The notes under the pieces are model-generated. The model was given only the letters and a program-made list of their open reading frames with translations, ran no database searches and was not told the origin of the DNA. Positions 1 to 10,253 of a stretch of 64,000 nucleotides of DNA are shown piece by piece (within the stretch, counting starts at the first letter, position 1; each line of letters opens with the position of its first letter). Origin of the DNA: Minisyncoccota bacterium (GTDB lineage: Bacteria; Patescibacteriota; Minisyncoccia; Phycocordibacterales; JABAAK01); assembly GCA_958295675.1 (NCBI GenBank), contig OY282360.1, positions 658,026 through 722,025 of the forward strand. Reading direction: 5' to 3'. A program made the position numbers and the translations under genes.

Positions 1-27
1 TGACAAGTTATATAATTTTGGTATACT
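1..27 (+). promoter_or_regulatory. sigma70-type promoter for ncRNA unit 1
   Basis: (T)TGACA at the window edge (1-5) and TGnTATACT at 19-27. The following CATGCA is shared with the promoter at 672-701. Confidence 0.65.
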
Positions 28-32
28 GCATG

Positions 33-510
33 CAGGAATGAGGGGGAAATGTTGACATGGGGTGTTGAAGTGATGGGTGATTAGGTGAATTGATGTCGCG
101 ACTGTTGTTTTGCCCTTCGGGGTGAGGCACGACTGTGGCTGACAGGATCCGAAAATCTAGATCTGACGCACTGCGTTGGGCGACACACGGTTTCGACCGT
201 GTGAGTGCCGTGCAAAAGCGAGCGAGGTGTAGGGTTAGCGTTTAGTTGATCCAAAACCCTGCGAAGCAATGTGCGGTGCGAGTGTTGCACGGAGTACGCG
301 GTCTGAAGCCGAAAGGCAGAATGATTGTGAACGATGTGTGATGCGCTTGCCTGAAGTCAAACTTGTGGACCTGTAAGGTCACTGTTGACCTAAAGGTCAA
401 CAATAAGATGAAAAACAACGAAAAATCCATAGATACAATATAACCCTCTTCCTACTTTCCAATTAATTTCCAAACAACACACTATCCACACCGCATAACG
501 CGGGTTTTTT
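33..510 (+). ncRNA. candidate large structured ncRNA (~430 nt plus terminator)
   Basis: No + strand ORF. Hairpins with UUCG/GAAA/UAAA loops at 112-123, 184-203, 308-317 and 383-402. 5'/3' ends are complementary, and it has its own promoter and terminator. Confidence 0.6.
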
Positions 511-563
511 TATTGCATACAGAACTTCCTGTTACACAAAACTAATAATTTGTCTTCAACAAA
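463..563. repeat. direct repeat copy 1 (terminator plus last ~32 nt of leuS)
   Basis: Matches 857-954 with 4 substitutions and two indels (4 nt and 1 nt). Confidence 0.95.
490..511 (+). terminator. intrinsic terminator
   Basis: ccgc-ataac-gcgg hairpin followed by a T run. Confidence 0.6.
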
Positions 564-671
564 TATTACAAAATTGAATATGGAGTAGATTACATATCAA
601 TGTGTCTCCTTTAGCAAAAACACAACCTACGAATTACTATTTCACAATATTTTCTATAAAAATACAATCAA

Positions 672-701
672 TTGACACGCAACACGCCTTTCAAGTATAC
701 T
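672..701 (+). promoter_or_regulatory. sigma70-type promoter for ncRNA unit 2
   Basis: TTGACA at 672-677, 18-nt spacer, TATACT at 696-701. Confidence 0.7.
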
Positions 702-706
702 ACATG

Positions 707-901
707 CAAGGAGAGAGAAGAGTACTAATGGAGGATGCTTGTTGTTGGTTGTAGCATGGGTGACCTAGCACTTCGGTGTTGAAGATCCTAAAACCGGCTT
801 TAGCAGGCATCAATAAACTAACGCGATATATTCTTCCCTTTCCCCACTCCATTTTTTTAATTTCCAAACAACACACTACACCGCATAATGCGGGTTTTTT
901 T
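707..901 (+). ncRNA. candidate rod-shaped ncRNA (6S-like fold)
   Basis: Closing stem 713-724/829-840, internal bubble, stem 734-744/801-811, stem 744-754/788-798, apical C(UUCG)G hairpin 766-781, terminator 881-901. Confidence 0.55.
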
Positions 902-954
902 ATTGCATATAGAACTTCCTGTTACACAAAACTGATAATTCTGTCCTCAACAAA
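857..954. repeat. direct repeat copy 2 (overlaps the leuS stop)
   Basis: Near-identical to 463-563. Confidence 0.95.
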
Positions 955-3291
955 CACCTTAACAGCAAGTCCTTTGGTACGATTAGCGAGTGCTGTGTTC
1001 TCAGCAATGCTTCTCAGCACGATTTCCTGATTGCTGCCTCGAGATACTGTGACGGTGCCTCGTGTTTTACCCAACACTTGAACGGCAATAACCACAGTAT
1101 CCCGCTGTGCTGACTCTGCATTACCCTGAGGAAAATGTGAGAGATGCACGGATTCATTATGACCAAGATCGCGCCACAGCACTTCAGTGATGTACGGCGC
1201 GAACGGCGCAAGCATTTGAATAAGAGCGGTATAGGTTTCCTTCGGTACAGTATCGGCATCATACAACGCATTCGTAAGTATCATCAGCGACGAGACGGCG
1301 GTATTGAAACGGTACACGGCAATATCATCGGTAACTGAAAGTATGGTCTCATGCTGCAGCTGCAGCAAAGCGCGATCAGGCGCGCTATCCTGAACGCGGT
1401 CGCGAAGCGCATACACCCGCTCAAGAAACCGGCGCGGACCGGCAATTGCGCGACTGTCCCACGCGACGGTTTGTGAAAACGGCGCGATATGCGCGATATA
1501 TACGCGCAGCGCGTCAGCACCGATTGCATCAACGACAGCAACCGGATCAACAACATTACCGAGCCGCTTGCTCATCTTCCCGCCACCTTCCGCCTGCACG
1601 ATACCGACCGTTCTCAACGCGGCATACGGTTCAGCGGTGCTCACAACACCGATATCAAGCATCACTTTATGCCAAAAACGAGCGTAGATAAGGTGTCGAG
1701 CCGCGTGTTCCATGCCGCCGGTGTATATATCAACGGGCATCCACTGTTTTTCTTTTTCAGAATCAACCAACACGGTACTATTATGCGGATCAATATAGCG
1801 CAGATGGTACCATGACGATCCTGCCCACTGCGGCATAGTATTCGTCTCCCGCTTTCCTGCACCACCACACTGCGGACACGGTGCATTGACCCACTCCTCA
1901 ATGGCGGCAAGCGGTGATTCGGCAGTGCCGGTCGGTTCGTACGATGCCACATCGGGCAGAGTGACGGGCAAATCCTTGTCAGGCACCGGTACAACACCGC
2001 ACTTCCCACAGTGAATAAGCGGTATCGGCTCGCCCCAGTACCGCTGCCGGGAAAACACCCAATCCTGCAGACGATATACGGTTATTTTTTTACCGCCTGC
2101 CGCATTAGCCAGTAATGGTTTCGCCTGTTCGGACGGCGTACCGTCATACTCGCCGGAATGTATCAAAGGCGCATCAACAGGTGTATTAATAAGCGGAAGA
2201 TCGCCATCACCGGCAATCACCTGCGTAATAGAAAGGTTATAACGGACAGCAAACGCGAAATCTCTGGCATCGTGCGCCGGCGAACCGAAAACAGCACCGG
2301 TACCGTATCCACCGAGCACAAAATCAGCGATGAAGACAGGAATGTTCTTCTTGGTGAGCGGATGAACAGCGGAAATACCTTGCGCTAACACTCCTGTTTG
2401 CGCCTTATCCGTTTCAGCAGCTTTTGCTGTGTGTGCCCGTGTCCGGTACGCTTCAATCTCCTCCTTATTCTCCGCGTGCTTCAACAGCGTATCAACAAGC
2501 GTACTTTCCGGAGAAATCGCGATAAACGAACAACCGAATAAAGTATCGGGACGAGTTGTAAAGACATCAACGACACTGCCGACCGGTTCTATGGCGAACG
2601 GAATGGTGTACCCGTCACTTCTGCCAATCCAGTTCCGCTGTACTTCCTTTACGGAATCAGACCAGTCGTCCAATGTATCCAAATCATCCAACAGACGATC
2701 AGCATAGTCGGTGATACGCAGAACCCACTGCCGCATCGGTTTCCGCTCAACAGCGGATCCGCATCGTTCGCATGTCCCGGCATCTAAATCCTCATTGGCA
2801 AGACCGGTCTTGCATGACGGACACCAGTTTACCGGCATGTTTGACTCATACGCCAGTCCTTTTTTGAAAAGTTGTATAAAAATCCATTGTGTCCACTTAT
2901 AAAACGAAGGATCGGTGGTGTTGATTTCCCTATCCCAATCGTATGAAAGTCCGAGTCGGGAAATCTGATCTTTAAACACGGCAATATTCCGCGCGGTTGC
3001 CTCCTGAGGATGCTGTTTATTCTTTATAGCGTACTCCTCGGCAGGCAATCCGAATGCATCCCATCCCATAGGATGCAGCACTTGGTACCCGCGCATCCGC
3101 ATCATGCGGGCATATATATCGGCACCAATATATACCCGAGCGTGACCGACATGCAATCCTGATCCGGACGGATACGGAAACATAACCAGCGCATAGCACT
3201 TCTTCTTCCCGGAATCTTCATCCGTCCGATAGATGCTGTTCTGCTCCCATGTTCGCCGCCACTCCTCCTCTATAGCGCGATGATCATACAT
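922..3291 (-). CDS. leuS: leucine--tRNA ligase
   Basis: MFPYPSG..HVGH, GWDAFGLPAE, FTTRPDTLFG editing motif, KMSKR. Confidence 0.97.
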   Translation of the reverse strand: MYDHRAIEEEWRRTWEQNSIYRTDEDSGKKKCYALVMFPYPSGSGLHVGHARVYIGADIYARMMRMRGYQVLHPMGWDAFGLPAEEYAIKNKQHPQEATARNIAVFKDQISRLGLSYDWDREINTTDPSFYKWTQWIFIQLFKKGLAYESNMPVNWCPSCKTGLANEDLDAGTCERCGSAVERKPMRQWVLRITDYADRLLDDLDTLDDWSDSVKEVQRNWIGRSDGYTIPFAIEPVGSVVDVFTTRPDTLFGCSFIAISPESTLVDTLLKHAENKEEIEAYRTRAHTAKAAETDKAQTGVLAQGISAVHPLTKKNIPVFIADFVLGGYGTGAVFGSPAHDARDFAFAVRYNLSITQVIAGDGDLPLINTPVDAPLIHSGEYDGTPSEQAKPLLANAAGGKKITVYRLQDWVFSRQRYWGEPIPLIHCGKCGVVPVPDKDLPVTLPDVASYEPTGTAESPLAAIEEWVNAPCPQCGGAGKRETNTMPQWAGSSWYHLRYIDPHNSTVLVDSEKEKQWMPVDIYTGGMEHAARHLIYARFWHKVMLDIGVVSTAEPYAALRTVGIVQAEGGGKMSKRLGNVVDPVAVVDAIGADALRVYIAHIAPFSQTVAWDSRAIAGPRRFLERVYALRDRVQDSAPDRALLQLQHETILSVTDDIAVYRFNTAVSSLMILTNALYDADTVPKETYTALIQMLAPFAPYITEVLWRDLGHNESVHLSHFPQGNAESAQRDTVVIAVQVLGKTRGTVTVSRGSNQEIVLRSIAENTALANRTKGLAVKVFVEDRIISFV

Positions 3292-3381
3292 ATCGCCAGT
3301 GTAGCACAGGACAAAAACACACTATAAAACAAAACACCCCGCGGGAAAACCCGAAGGGTGCTTTGCACAAAAGAGGGCGCG

Positions 3382-4062
3382 CTACCCTCGCTCAACATCA
3401 TTCTTTATACGATTCAGAAAGTCAGACGCTGCCTGCTGTCCGCCGAGCCCGAAAGCGAGTCCGAGCGCGAGAGAAATAGCGGCGATAAGACCGACAATCA
3501 TGCTCTGAATGATTTCGCTCGCAATGCCGAGTTCGCCGAGAGCGACAAGGACTGACAGAACGACAATTGCCCACTTAGTGATTTTAGCGGCAAGTCCGCC
3601 CTCAACCTTCGCGGCACGACTGGTGCCGGCAACAAGGTTGGAGAAAAAACTGGCGGTAACAAGACCTATAACCACAATCAATGCGGCAGAAGCTACATTC
3701 GGAATATAGGTGAGTACTTGATCAATAAAGAATTGATTGACTGCTTGAAGTCCGAGAACATCAAGAGCGGCGACGAGGAACACGAAGACAATAAATACTC
3801 TGAAGACAAGTCCGAAAAACTTGCCGATGTCAACACGAACACCCGCGCGCTTTGTGACCTCTTCCAATCCGACACTCTTGAGCGCTTCGTCAAAGAACGG
3901 CAATGCCCGAAATACCGACCGCAGCAGCCGATCAACCAGCCATCCGACAATCCAACCGACAAGAATGATAGCGAGTGCGATGACCAATTGCGGTACCACC
4001 TGTACCGGCAGTTCAAGCAAGTTTTGCGCGTTCTGCGAAAGTGAATCTACAGTTATTAACAT
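3382..4062 (-). CDS. TM-helix repeat membrane protein (MscS-associated/CmpX-like)
   Basis: Multiple TM helices, YIPNV..A and ALGLAFGLGG motifs. Confidence 0.75.
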   Translation of the reverse strand: MLITVDSLSQNAQNLLELPVQVVPQLVIALAIILVGWIVGWLVDRLLRSVFRALPFFDEALKSVGLEEVTKRAGVRVDIGKFFGLVFRVFIVFVFLVAALDVLGLQAVNQFFIDQVLTYIPNVASAALIVVIGLVTASFFSNLVAGTSRAAKVEGGLAAKITKWAIVVLSVLVALGELGIASEIIQSMIVGLIAAISLALGLAFGLGGQQAASDFLNRIKNDVERG

Positions 4063-4171
4063 ATATAATTATCACAGATCTGTATTAATTATGTAGAGAA
4101 CTGAGTAGTTCGCTACATAGGCAGTATACCCCGCCAATCTGCCTGCAAAGCGCGGACAGTGGATAGGAAAA

Positions 4172-4789
4172 TCACCTGAAAATACCGATTTTATCAATAT
4201 GAACGCGATGCTGACCGTCCAGTACGGCGCGTATAAAACGATCATTGGTCTGTATGCGGTGTATAAGATCATTGACAGTCAGAAACGCGCAGCGCAGTTC
4301 CCTGCCGACTTCCTGCTCCGTCTCCTGTATGAGAGATCTTAAAATGGCATCATTCTTCTGAGAAGAAGCGACCACGACATCGACCTCCCGTTCCGGATTG
4401 TCAACAAATATATCAACAGTGATGACGCATTGCACGCCGGGAGCGCGGGAGAGTTTTTTTGCCACAATATCCCGTTCAGTCGGTATGGAATCCCTGATAA
4501 TTTTCTCAAGGAATTCCTGATGCGCATACCGCTTGTTGAAACCGAATCCGACGGTCTCCCGTATACCCTCATTCTTTCGCCGCGCTTGCGGAATCTTTTT
4601 CTTTTTGATAATACCGTCCTGATCAAGCCATTTCAAAGTTTCTCGAACAGCCGGTTCCCGTTTACGGAATACTTTCATAAATTCCTTCACGGTGTACACG
4701 GTCTCAGGATTGAGCACAAACACCCTGAGCATTTTTACACGCAGTGCATCACCGACAATGCTCTCTAATGGATCATTCATTTTTGCCAT
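4172..4789 (-). CDS. winged-HTH plus nucleotidyltransferase-like protein
   Basis: N-terminal RVKMLRVF.LNP wHTH, C-terminal EVDVVV fold. Start chosen 7 nt after TGnTACCAT. Confidence 0.6.
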   Translation of the reverse strand: MAKMNDPLESIVGDALRVKMLRVFVLNPETVYTVKEFMKVFRKREPAVRETLKWLDQDGIIKKKKIPQARRKNEGIRETVGFGFNKRYAHQEFLEKIIRDSIPTERDIVAKKLSRAPGVQCVITVDIFVDNPEREVDVVVASSQKNDAILRSLIQETEQEVGRELRCAFLTVNDLIHRIQTNDRFIRAVLDGQHRVHIDKIGIFR

Positions 4790-4864
4790 ATATTCTATGG
4801 TAGCACACACGAAAAAACGCGCCTGAAAAGCGCGTCCTTCCTCTGTGAAACGAATACTAATCCG

Positions 4865-5443
4865 TTATCCGACACTAACTTTCGCGCCGGCTTCCTCAAG
4901 GTTTTTCTTCAGTTCTTCCGCTTCGTCAGCAGGAATACCTTCCTTAATCGCTTTCGGAGCGGCATCAACAATATCTTTCGCCTCTTTCAAACCGAGCCCG
5001 AGCACATCTTTCACAATCTTGATGACCTGTATCTTGCCGGAACCTGCTTCCTCAAGGGTAACAGTCACCAAACCGCCTCCTTCGTCATCGTCACCGTCCG
5101 CTGCTGCGGGTGCTGCGGCAACTGCTGCTGCGGATACACCGAATTTCTTTTCAAACACCTTCACCAGTTCATGCAGGTCAAGCACACTCATCTGTTCTAT
5201 CTCACTGACAATCTTTTTGAACTTTTCAGGCACCTCAACTTCCCCGCCTTCCGGTTCTTCAGATGTATCCTGCGATTTCTCCTCGGCAGCAGGTGCCGGC
5301 TTGGATTCTCCGCCTGTATTAGCAGCGGCATCTCCGGTGTTCTTTACCGTGGATGCATCATCACCAGATGCCGGCATGCCGGTGTCAGCCGCCTTCGCCG
5401 CGCTGTTCGCGGTATCGTTATTATTTTTCTCTTCTTCAGCCAT
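4865..5443 (-). CDS. rplL: 50S ribosomal protein L7/L12 with acidic N-terminal extension
   Basis: [39 protein letters not shown]. Confidence 0.95.
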   Translation of the reverse strand: MAEEEKNNNDTANSAAKAADTGMPASGDDASTVKNTGDAAANTGGESKPAPAAEEKSQDTSEEPEGGEVEVPEKFKKIVSEIEQMSVLDLHELVKVFEKKFGVSAAAVAAAPAAADGDDDEGGGLVTVTLEEAGSGKIQVIKIVKDVLGLGLKEAKDIVDAAPKAIKEGIPADEAEELKKNLEEAGAKVSVG

Positions 5444-5478
5444 AGTTTAGTTCGTATATAGGTTAGTAATATAAAAAA

Positions 5479-5967
5479 TTACGCTTTCTTGTCGGCAATC
5501 TGACCGAGCGCGGAGACATATCCTTGCACCGGACCGCGGATAACCGTGAGAAACTGCGCGTACAGTGTTTTCACGGGCGGTATGTCCGCGACGGACTGCA
5601 TCTTCTCAGGTCCGACAAACGCATTCTCAAACACGCCGCCGACAATACTGATCCGTCCATCCAGTTTTTTTCCCTGTTCGCCCATAACGCGCGCAGGAGC
5701 GAGCATGTCGGATCCGTACGCAACGGCAATTTCACCCTCCATGTCGGACAGCGATCCGCCAAACGACGCACCGTCAAACACCCGCTTGATTAGGGTTTTT
5801 TTGGCGACCATATAGCCGACATCCTCACTGTCGCAGGCACTGCGCAGCGCATTCACCTCCTCGGATGTTACACCGTTAAAGCGTACAAACACGACAGTTC
5901 GCGCTGACTTGATGATGTCACGCAACGCGCTGACGATGGTTTCTTTCTTGGTTCGTGATATTGCCAT
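5479..5967 (-). CDS. rplJ: 50S ribosomal protein L10
   Basis: MAISRTKKE, VAKKTLI. Lies upstream of rplL. Confidence 0.93.
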   Translation of the reverse strand: MAISRTKKETIVSALRDIIKSARTVVFVRFNGVTSEEVNALRSACDSEDVGYMVAKKTLIKRVFDGASFGGSLSDMEGEIAVAYGSDMLAPARVMGEQGKKLDGRISIVGGVFENAFVGPEKMQSVADIPPVKTLYAQFLTVIRGPVQGYVSALGQIADKKA

Positions 5968-5969
5968 AC

Positions 5970-6060
5970 ACAATCAGGCCCGTCCCTTTCAAGGAGTGTG
6001 TGACCTCGGCAGGTTTTACTCCGTAAATCGGAAACCTGCTGTCTTCGGACCTTGTCTGTA
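5970..6060 (-). promoter_or_regulatory. L10 leader (ribosomal protein autoregulatory RNA)
   Basis: CCGAAGACAGCAGG...CCTGCCGAGG on the - strand directly upstream of rplJ, matching the L10_leader core. Confidence 0.75.
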
Positions 6061-6163
6061 CGATAGCACGGCGTGAAATACACTGCAAGCATAAACAACA
6101 TATCATGGGTATATGTCAACCATCCTCGGCACCTACAATCTCCAACCCAAAGGTAACAGAAAC

Positions 6164-6195
6164 ACCAAAAACACCCCCGAGGGGGTGTTTTTGGT
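6164..6195. terminator. terminator hairpin downstream of the surface-protein gene
   Basis: accaaaaacaccccc-ga-gggggtgtttttggt inverted repeat. Confidence 0.75.
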
Positions 6196-6264
6196 TCTGT
6201 GTGTGTTCAGCACGCGTGTAATCAAGACTATATTAGACGCAAGCGTACCTCCACTACGACTTAG

Positions 6265-9200
6265 TTATTCTTCGAATGTCCAATCACTAACATCTTCAGC
6301 ATCAAAGATAGACCAACCAGAGAACCAATCGGTGTTGTTGCTGTTCGCCATACCATCCTCATCTAACGAATTCGGCGACCAAACAAAGTTATGAGCGGTC
6401 TTTGCTGCTCCTATTTCCAAGCCAACTTGCTTATCAGCATCAGGCTTGTTGTCGGCAACCAAGTCAATCGTGATGGATGCATCATCAGGAACACCGCCAA
6501 CATTAGCAGTAACTAAGAATTTTACAGGTCTGCCGTCGTCATCAATGGTCTGAATCTTGTTATCAGCAAACGAAAATTTCAGATTATCGCCGCTCAAAGT
6601 ACCGGTTGCAATAGAATCTACACCTGTTGAACCACGACGGAGGTTGAAGTCGCTGAGAATGGATGTATTCCCAGTCACTGAGAGAGTAACTTGACCAAGA
6701 TACACTTCACCTGCGTCATCCGGTACAGTAACCTCAAACTCGTAGAGTTTTTGATTATTACCTCGCTTGTATCTGTTATCGTCTCCATTACCGCTTGCGG
6801 ACACAGTCGGCACCGATGGGAATGCAACCGCAGAGGTTACATTGCCTGAAGGAATGGTGTGTGCGGTTACAGTTTCGGTATCACTCTCACTACCTTCCCA
6901 AACAACCACTAACTTAGCGGCCTGCAGGTACTGACCTGCCTTACCACTATTCTGACTATCACGAATGCCATGTAGATCAAGCTCAATAGTCGCGTTAACA
7001 TCACCATCGGCAACCCTAACGGTCTCGTTCACATTCTCAAATGCAAGTGCATTTTCTACATTTACCGTACCAGCACCTGGATCCACATCAGTCAAAGTAC
7101 CCACAAAGTCACCGCCATCGGCATTGGTTGTCTCGCCATCAATAGTCAAAGTAGCACTCTGTAGCAGTCGCTCAATAGCACTCCGATTCACCGGCGTAGG
7201 ACCTGCGGGAAGTGTCAAACCGGAAAGGTAGACATCCTGAATAACGGCATCTTCCTGTTCTGCTTCAAACTTAATTTTAAGGATATCAACACCGTCCACA
7301 CCTCTTTCGCCGACAGCAACAGCAGTCAGTGTTTCGTCAGGGTCTCTAGATACAACAGAGAGTGTTCCCATACCAGACACTGCGATGATGTCGGAAGCAT
7401 CACCTGACTCCAAATCGTACTCAAAGTCATCCCGTCCAATTTCGTACTCAATACGATCCTTGTCAGATGCACGCACTTCGGTCTTCAATTGGAACTTGTG
7501 TCCGTTCTTCGCATTATCGTCAATACTGCAGACAATCTGCAGATAAGACTCTTCACCAGAATCAACGGTGTAATCGTCAAATCTGAACCGAATCTGATCA
7601 TCTTCAGGTGCATCTGCATCACCACCAGTACCACCTACTTCATCGTCATCACCCAAATCAGCCATACCGGTCAAGCTGCTGCGTGAATCGGCAACCTTAT
7701 CATCTCCGTCGTAGACTGCACAGTCATTCAAATCATCAAGGTTTGCTGGATTATCGTTACTGGATCCGTCTACCGCTTCTCCGCCTGATGCTTCAAAGGT
7801 GAGGTACGCACTGGTAATCTCAACATCGTCAACTGCATCATCTGCATCAATTTCCAGTGTACCGAAGACAACATCATCAGCACCGCCAACGAAAGAATCA
7901 TCATCAACATCGCGATCAGAAATCCTGAAGTTAACGACATTACCCTTGATATCTACCTGCTCAAACGCGCGGTTGCTGGCGAAATACTCGCCGGTACCGG
8001 CGTAGTCCTTCTCGGACCGCACACCCTCCGCACTATCAACATCAGTCAGGGTGAACTGCAGATCCGCGCCGTCAAACTGACTCCATGCTTCGTCAAGATC
8101 CGCGACTACTTCAAACACAACTTCGCGTTCGCCACGAACATCAACGGTAAAGGTGTCGGAGAAATCAACAGTTTCGGTGATGGCATTGCTGGAACTAGGT
8201 TTACTGAACTCAACATCATCATCCGCGAATGCTACCTTCTCGCCGTCAACGCGCAGATGCAAACCTCGCAGAACAACCTCATCCTCATCAGCGTCTTTCC
8301 AGTCGTTATCATTTCCAGTATTATACCTGAACCCACTCAACTCAACATCAAAAGTAAGGTCTTCCATCTCAACATCCTCACCTTCAAATTCAACCTCAAG
8401 TGCGCCAAGCACGCGGTCATCACCGTAGACAACCTCATCTTCAAAGCCGCGAATTCTGCCACCGGAACTTACTTCACCCGGCTGAATAGTCGCCACTTCA
8501 CCTTCAACATTGCTGTTGCCTTCTATCTGTCTTTCGTTACTACCGAGAGAAACAGGAAGGCCATATCCGTAGTCCTTACCGACAACATACACATCAACTA
8601 CATCATCAAGGTAAAACCTGATGGTTTCGTCGGTACCCCTGTCGGTGTTCATCTCAACCGATACCGTGATACTGTCGCTCTCTTCAATCAGCGCGCCGCG
8701 ACCGCCAAAGGTGATGACATATCGGTCACCGTCAACGGTTACATCGTGATCAACTTCGTCGTCGTCAACATACACCGTCACATCACCAATCTCATCCTCA
8801 TCCGCGGAACCGTTCTGATCAAGTGTCAGAGAACGAAGATATGCGTCTTCTTCGTCAGCACCTGATCCGCCGAGACTGATACGCACGGAAGCGACTTCAG
8901 TATCCTCGTCAAGATGCACTTCCGATTCAACGCTTTTAACACGCACACTCGCTGTCTGCAGTTGCACACTGCTTGACATCACATGCGCCGCGCCGCGAAC
9001 CGGGAATTGACCCTGCACTGCCGCGTCAGCGATAACCTCGGATACTTCAAGACCCGCGATAGCACCGGAATCAAGGTCGCTTGACTCGTTAGTAATATTA
9101 CCGACAACAACAAGAGTGATAGACCGATTTCTCGGAATAACAAAGTTGCCCCCGAGTGTCGCTTCGTCACGACTGTTGAGAGATCGGGAACTGCCGATCT

Positions 9201-9963
9201 GCACACCGTTCACATCAACCAGTGCGACAGTTTCAAAGTTGCTTCTGGAAGATAATCCGAATCGGCGCACTCTGATGCCCTCAATACGGACATCTTCATT
9301 GCCTGCTGTGAGCACAAATGAGGTGAATGGCACCCGCTGTGCGCCCTGCACGGCATATGAGTCGCCAGGCTGCTGCCCGGCTGTTACTGCCAACGATCCT
9401 CCGGTAACACTGACACGGGTCGTCGGAGTTGTCGGAGCTACAGGCACCGACGGCAGATTTGTTGTTGGCTGCGCGGTACCACACACATTATTCGCTTGAT
9501 TTCGCGTTGATGTGTAGAATCCGCCGGTTCCGCTCGTCAACCCAATGGGAGCCAAAATCTGCGCGGAGTGTAACTCCTGGAACTTACTGACTGCTCGAGC
9601 AGTCGCAGGTCCATAGTAGGTGGTCTCATTGCCGGGAGATCCAGCTCCTGACGAAGCCACCTGAGTTTGAGGGTTACCATTCAGGAATCTTTGCAACTGG
9701 CGGACGTCATCGCCAGAAGATCCGATGGAAAGGTTCCTTGCCCATGTGTACGGACACGCAGCATTGCTGCTCGCCGCCGCAACTGTCGCCGGCGGTGTTG
9801 TCGCGCCGCTAAGCGCGGTCAACTGTGCCGTTAGCGCGGCAAGCTGTGCCTGCAAATCTTCAACGCTCTCCTGTGCATGTACTGTCGCCGAAAAGGCAAC
9901 CGCAACAGAAACGATGAAGGCAATAGAAACCAACCCTACAGTTAATTTACTTGCAATATTCAT
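6265..9963 (-). CDS. large acidic secreted surface/S-layer-like protein with peptidoglycan-binding domain
   Basis: Signal peptide (VHA/QE), coiled coil, LSIGSSGDDVRQLQRFLN..YYGPATARAVSKFQ PG-binding motif, long acidic beta-rich body. Confidence 0.8.
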   Translation of the reverse strand: MNIASKLTVGLVSIAFIVSVAVAFSATVHAQESVEDLQAQLAALTAQLTALSGATTPPATVAAASSNAACPYTWARNLSIGSSGDDVRQLQRFLNGNPQTQVASSGAGSPGNETTYYGPATARAVSKFQELHSAQILAPIGLTSGTGGFYTSTRNQANNVCGTAQPTTNLPSVPVAPTTPTTRVSVTGGSLAVTAGQQPGDSYAVQGAQRVPFTSFVLTAGNEDVRIEGIRVRRFGLSSRSNFETVALVDVNGVQIGSSRSLNSRDEATLGGNFVIPRNRSITLVVVGNITNESSDLDSGAIAGLEVSEVIADAAVQGQFPVRGAAHVMSSSVQLQTASVRVKSVESEVHLDEDTEVASVRISLGGSGADEEDAYLRSLTLDQNGSADEDEIGDVTVYVDDDEVDHDVTVDGDRYVITFGGRGALIEESDSITVSVEMNTDRGTDETIRFYLDDVVDVYVVGKDYGYGLPVSLGSNERQIEGNSNVEGEVATIQPGEVSSGGRIRGFEDEVVYGDDRVLGALEVEFEGEDVEMEDLTFDVELSGFRYNTGNDNDWKDADEDEVVLRGLHLRVDGEKVAFADDDVEFSKPSSSNAITETVDFSDTFTVDVRGEREVVFEVVADLDEAWSQFDGADLQFTLTDVDSAEGVRSEKDYAGTGEYFASNRAFEQVDIKGNVVNFRISDRDVDDDSFVGGADDVVFGTLEIDADDAVDDVEITSAYLTFEASGGEAVDGSSNDNPANLDDLNDCAVYDGDDKVADSRSSLTGMADLGDDDEVGGTGGDADAPEDDQIRFRFDDYTVDSGEESYLQIVCSIDDNAKNGHKFQLKTEVRASDKDRIEYEIGRDDFEYDLESGDASDIIAVSGMGTLSVVSRDPDETLTAVAVGERGVDGVDILKIKFEAEQEDAVIQDVYLSGLTLPAGPTPVNRSAIERLLQSATLTIDGETTNADGGDFVGTLTDVDPGAGTVNVENALAFENVNETVRVADGDVNATIELDLHGIRDSQNSGKAGQYLQAAKLVVVWEGSESDTETVTAHTIPSGNVTSAVAFPSVPTVSASGNGDDNRYKRGNNQKLYEFEVTVPDDAGEVYLGQVTLSVTGNTSILSDFNLRRGSTGVDSIATGTLSGDNLKFSFADNKIQTIDDDGRPVKFLVTANVGGVPDDASITIDLVADNKPDADKQVGLEIGAAKTAHNFVWSPNSLDEDGMANSNNTDWFSGWSIFDAEDVSDWTFEE

Positions 9964-10253
9964 AATCGATTAGGAATTTACTATTACTAATTGAAATAAT
10001 AATTTCAATGGAGTACCCGCTAATTGCGGATACAGATCACACAAAAACAATAAAATGTGTTTGCTCTTCGTGTGATGATTATATTGTATACGCTCCGCAA
10101 ACAGTGTCAAAATGTGCTGTGGAAAAGATGCAATACAACGAAAAATATGTCCTGCTATCATAGACACCTGAACCGACCGCGAACAGGAGAAAAGTGATGC
10201 TGTGTGAACGATGTCCGCGGAGATAAAAAGTGTGTGATAATAAAAAGGTATAT

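Noticed and set aside
33-460. RNase P, SRP, group I intron or hammerhead identity for unit 1
   Set aside because: Diagnostic motifs (GAGGAAAGUCC, SRP domain IV, CUGANGA..GAAA) not found.
81-1030. Short ORFs 81-290, 242-430 and 776-1030
   Set aside because: No recognisable protein features or start signals. Better explained by RNA structure or antisense overlap with leuS.
4865-5443. rplL N-terminal extension (and rpsF C-terminal tail) as a novelty
   Set aside because: Low-complexity extensions of ribosomal proteins are common in this kind of genome.
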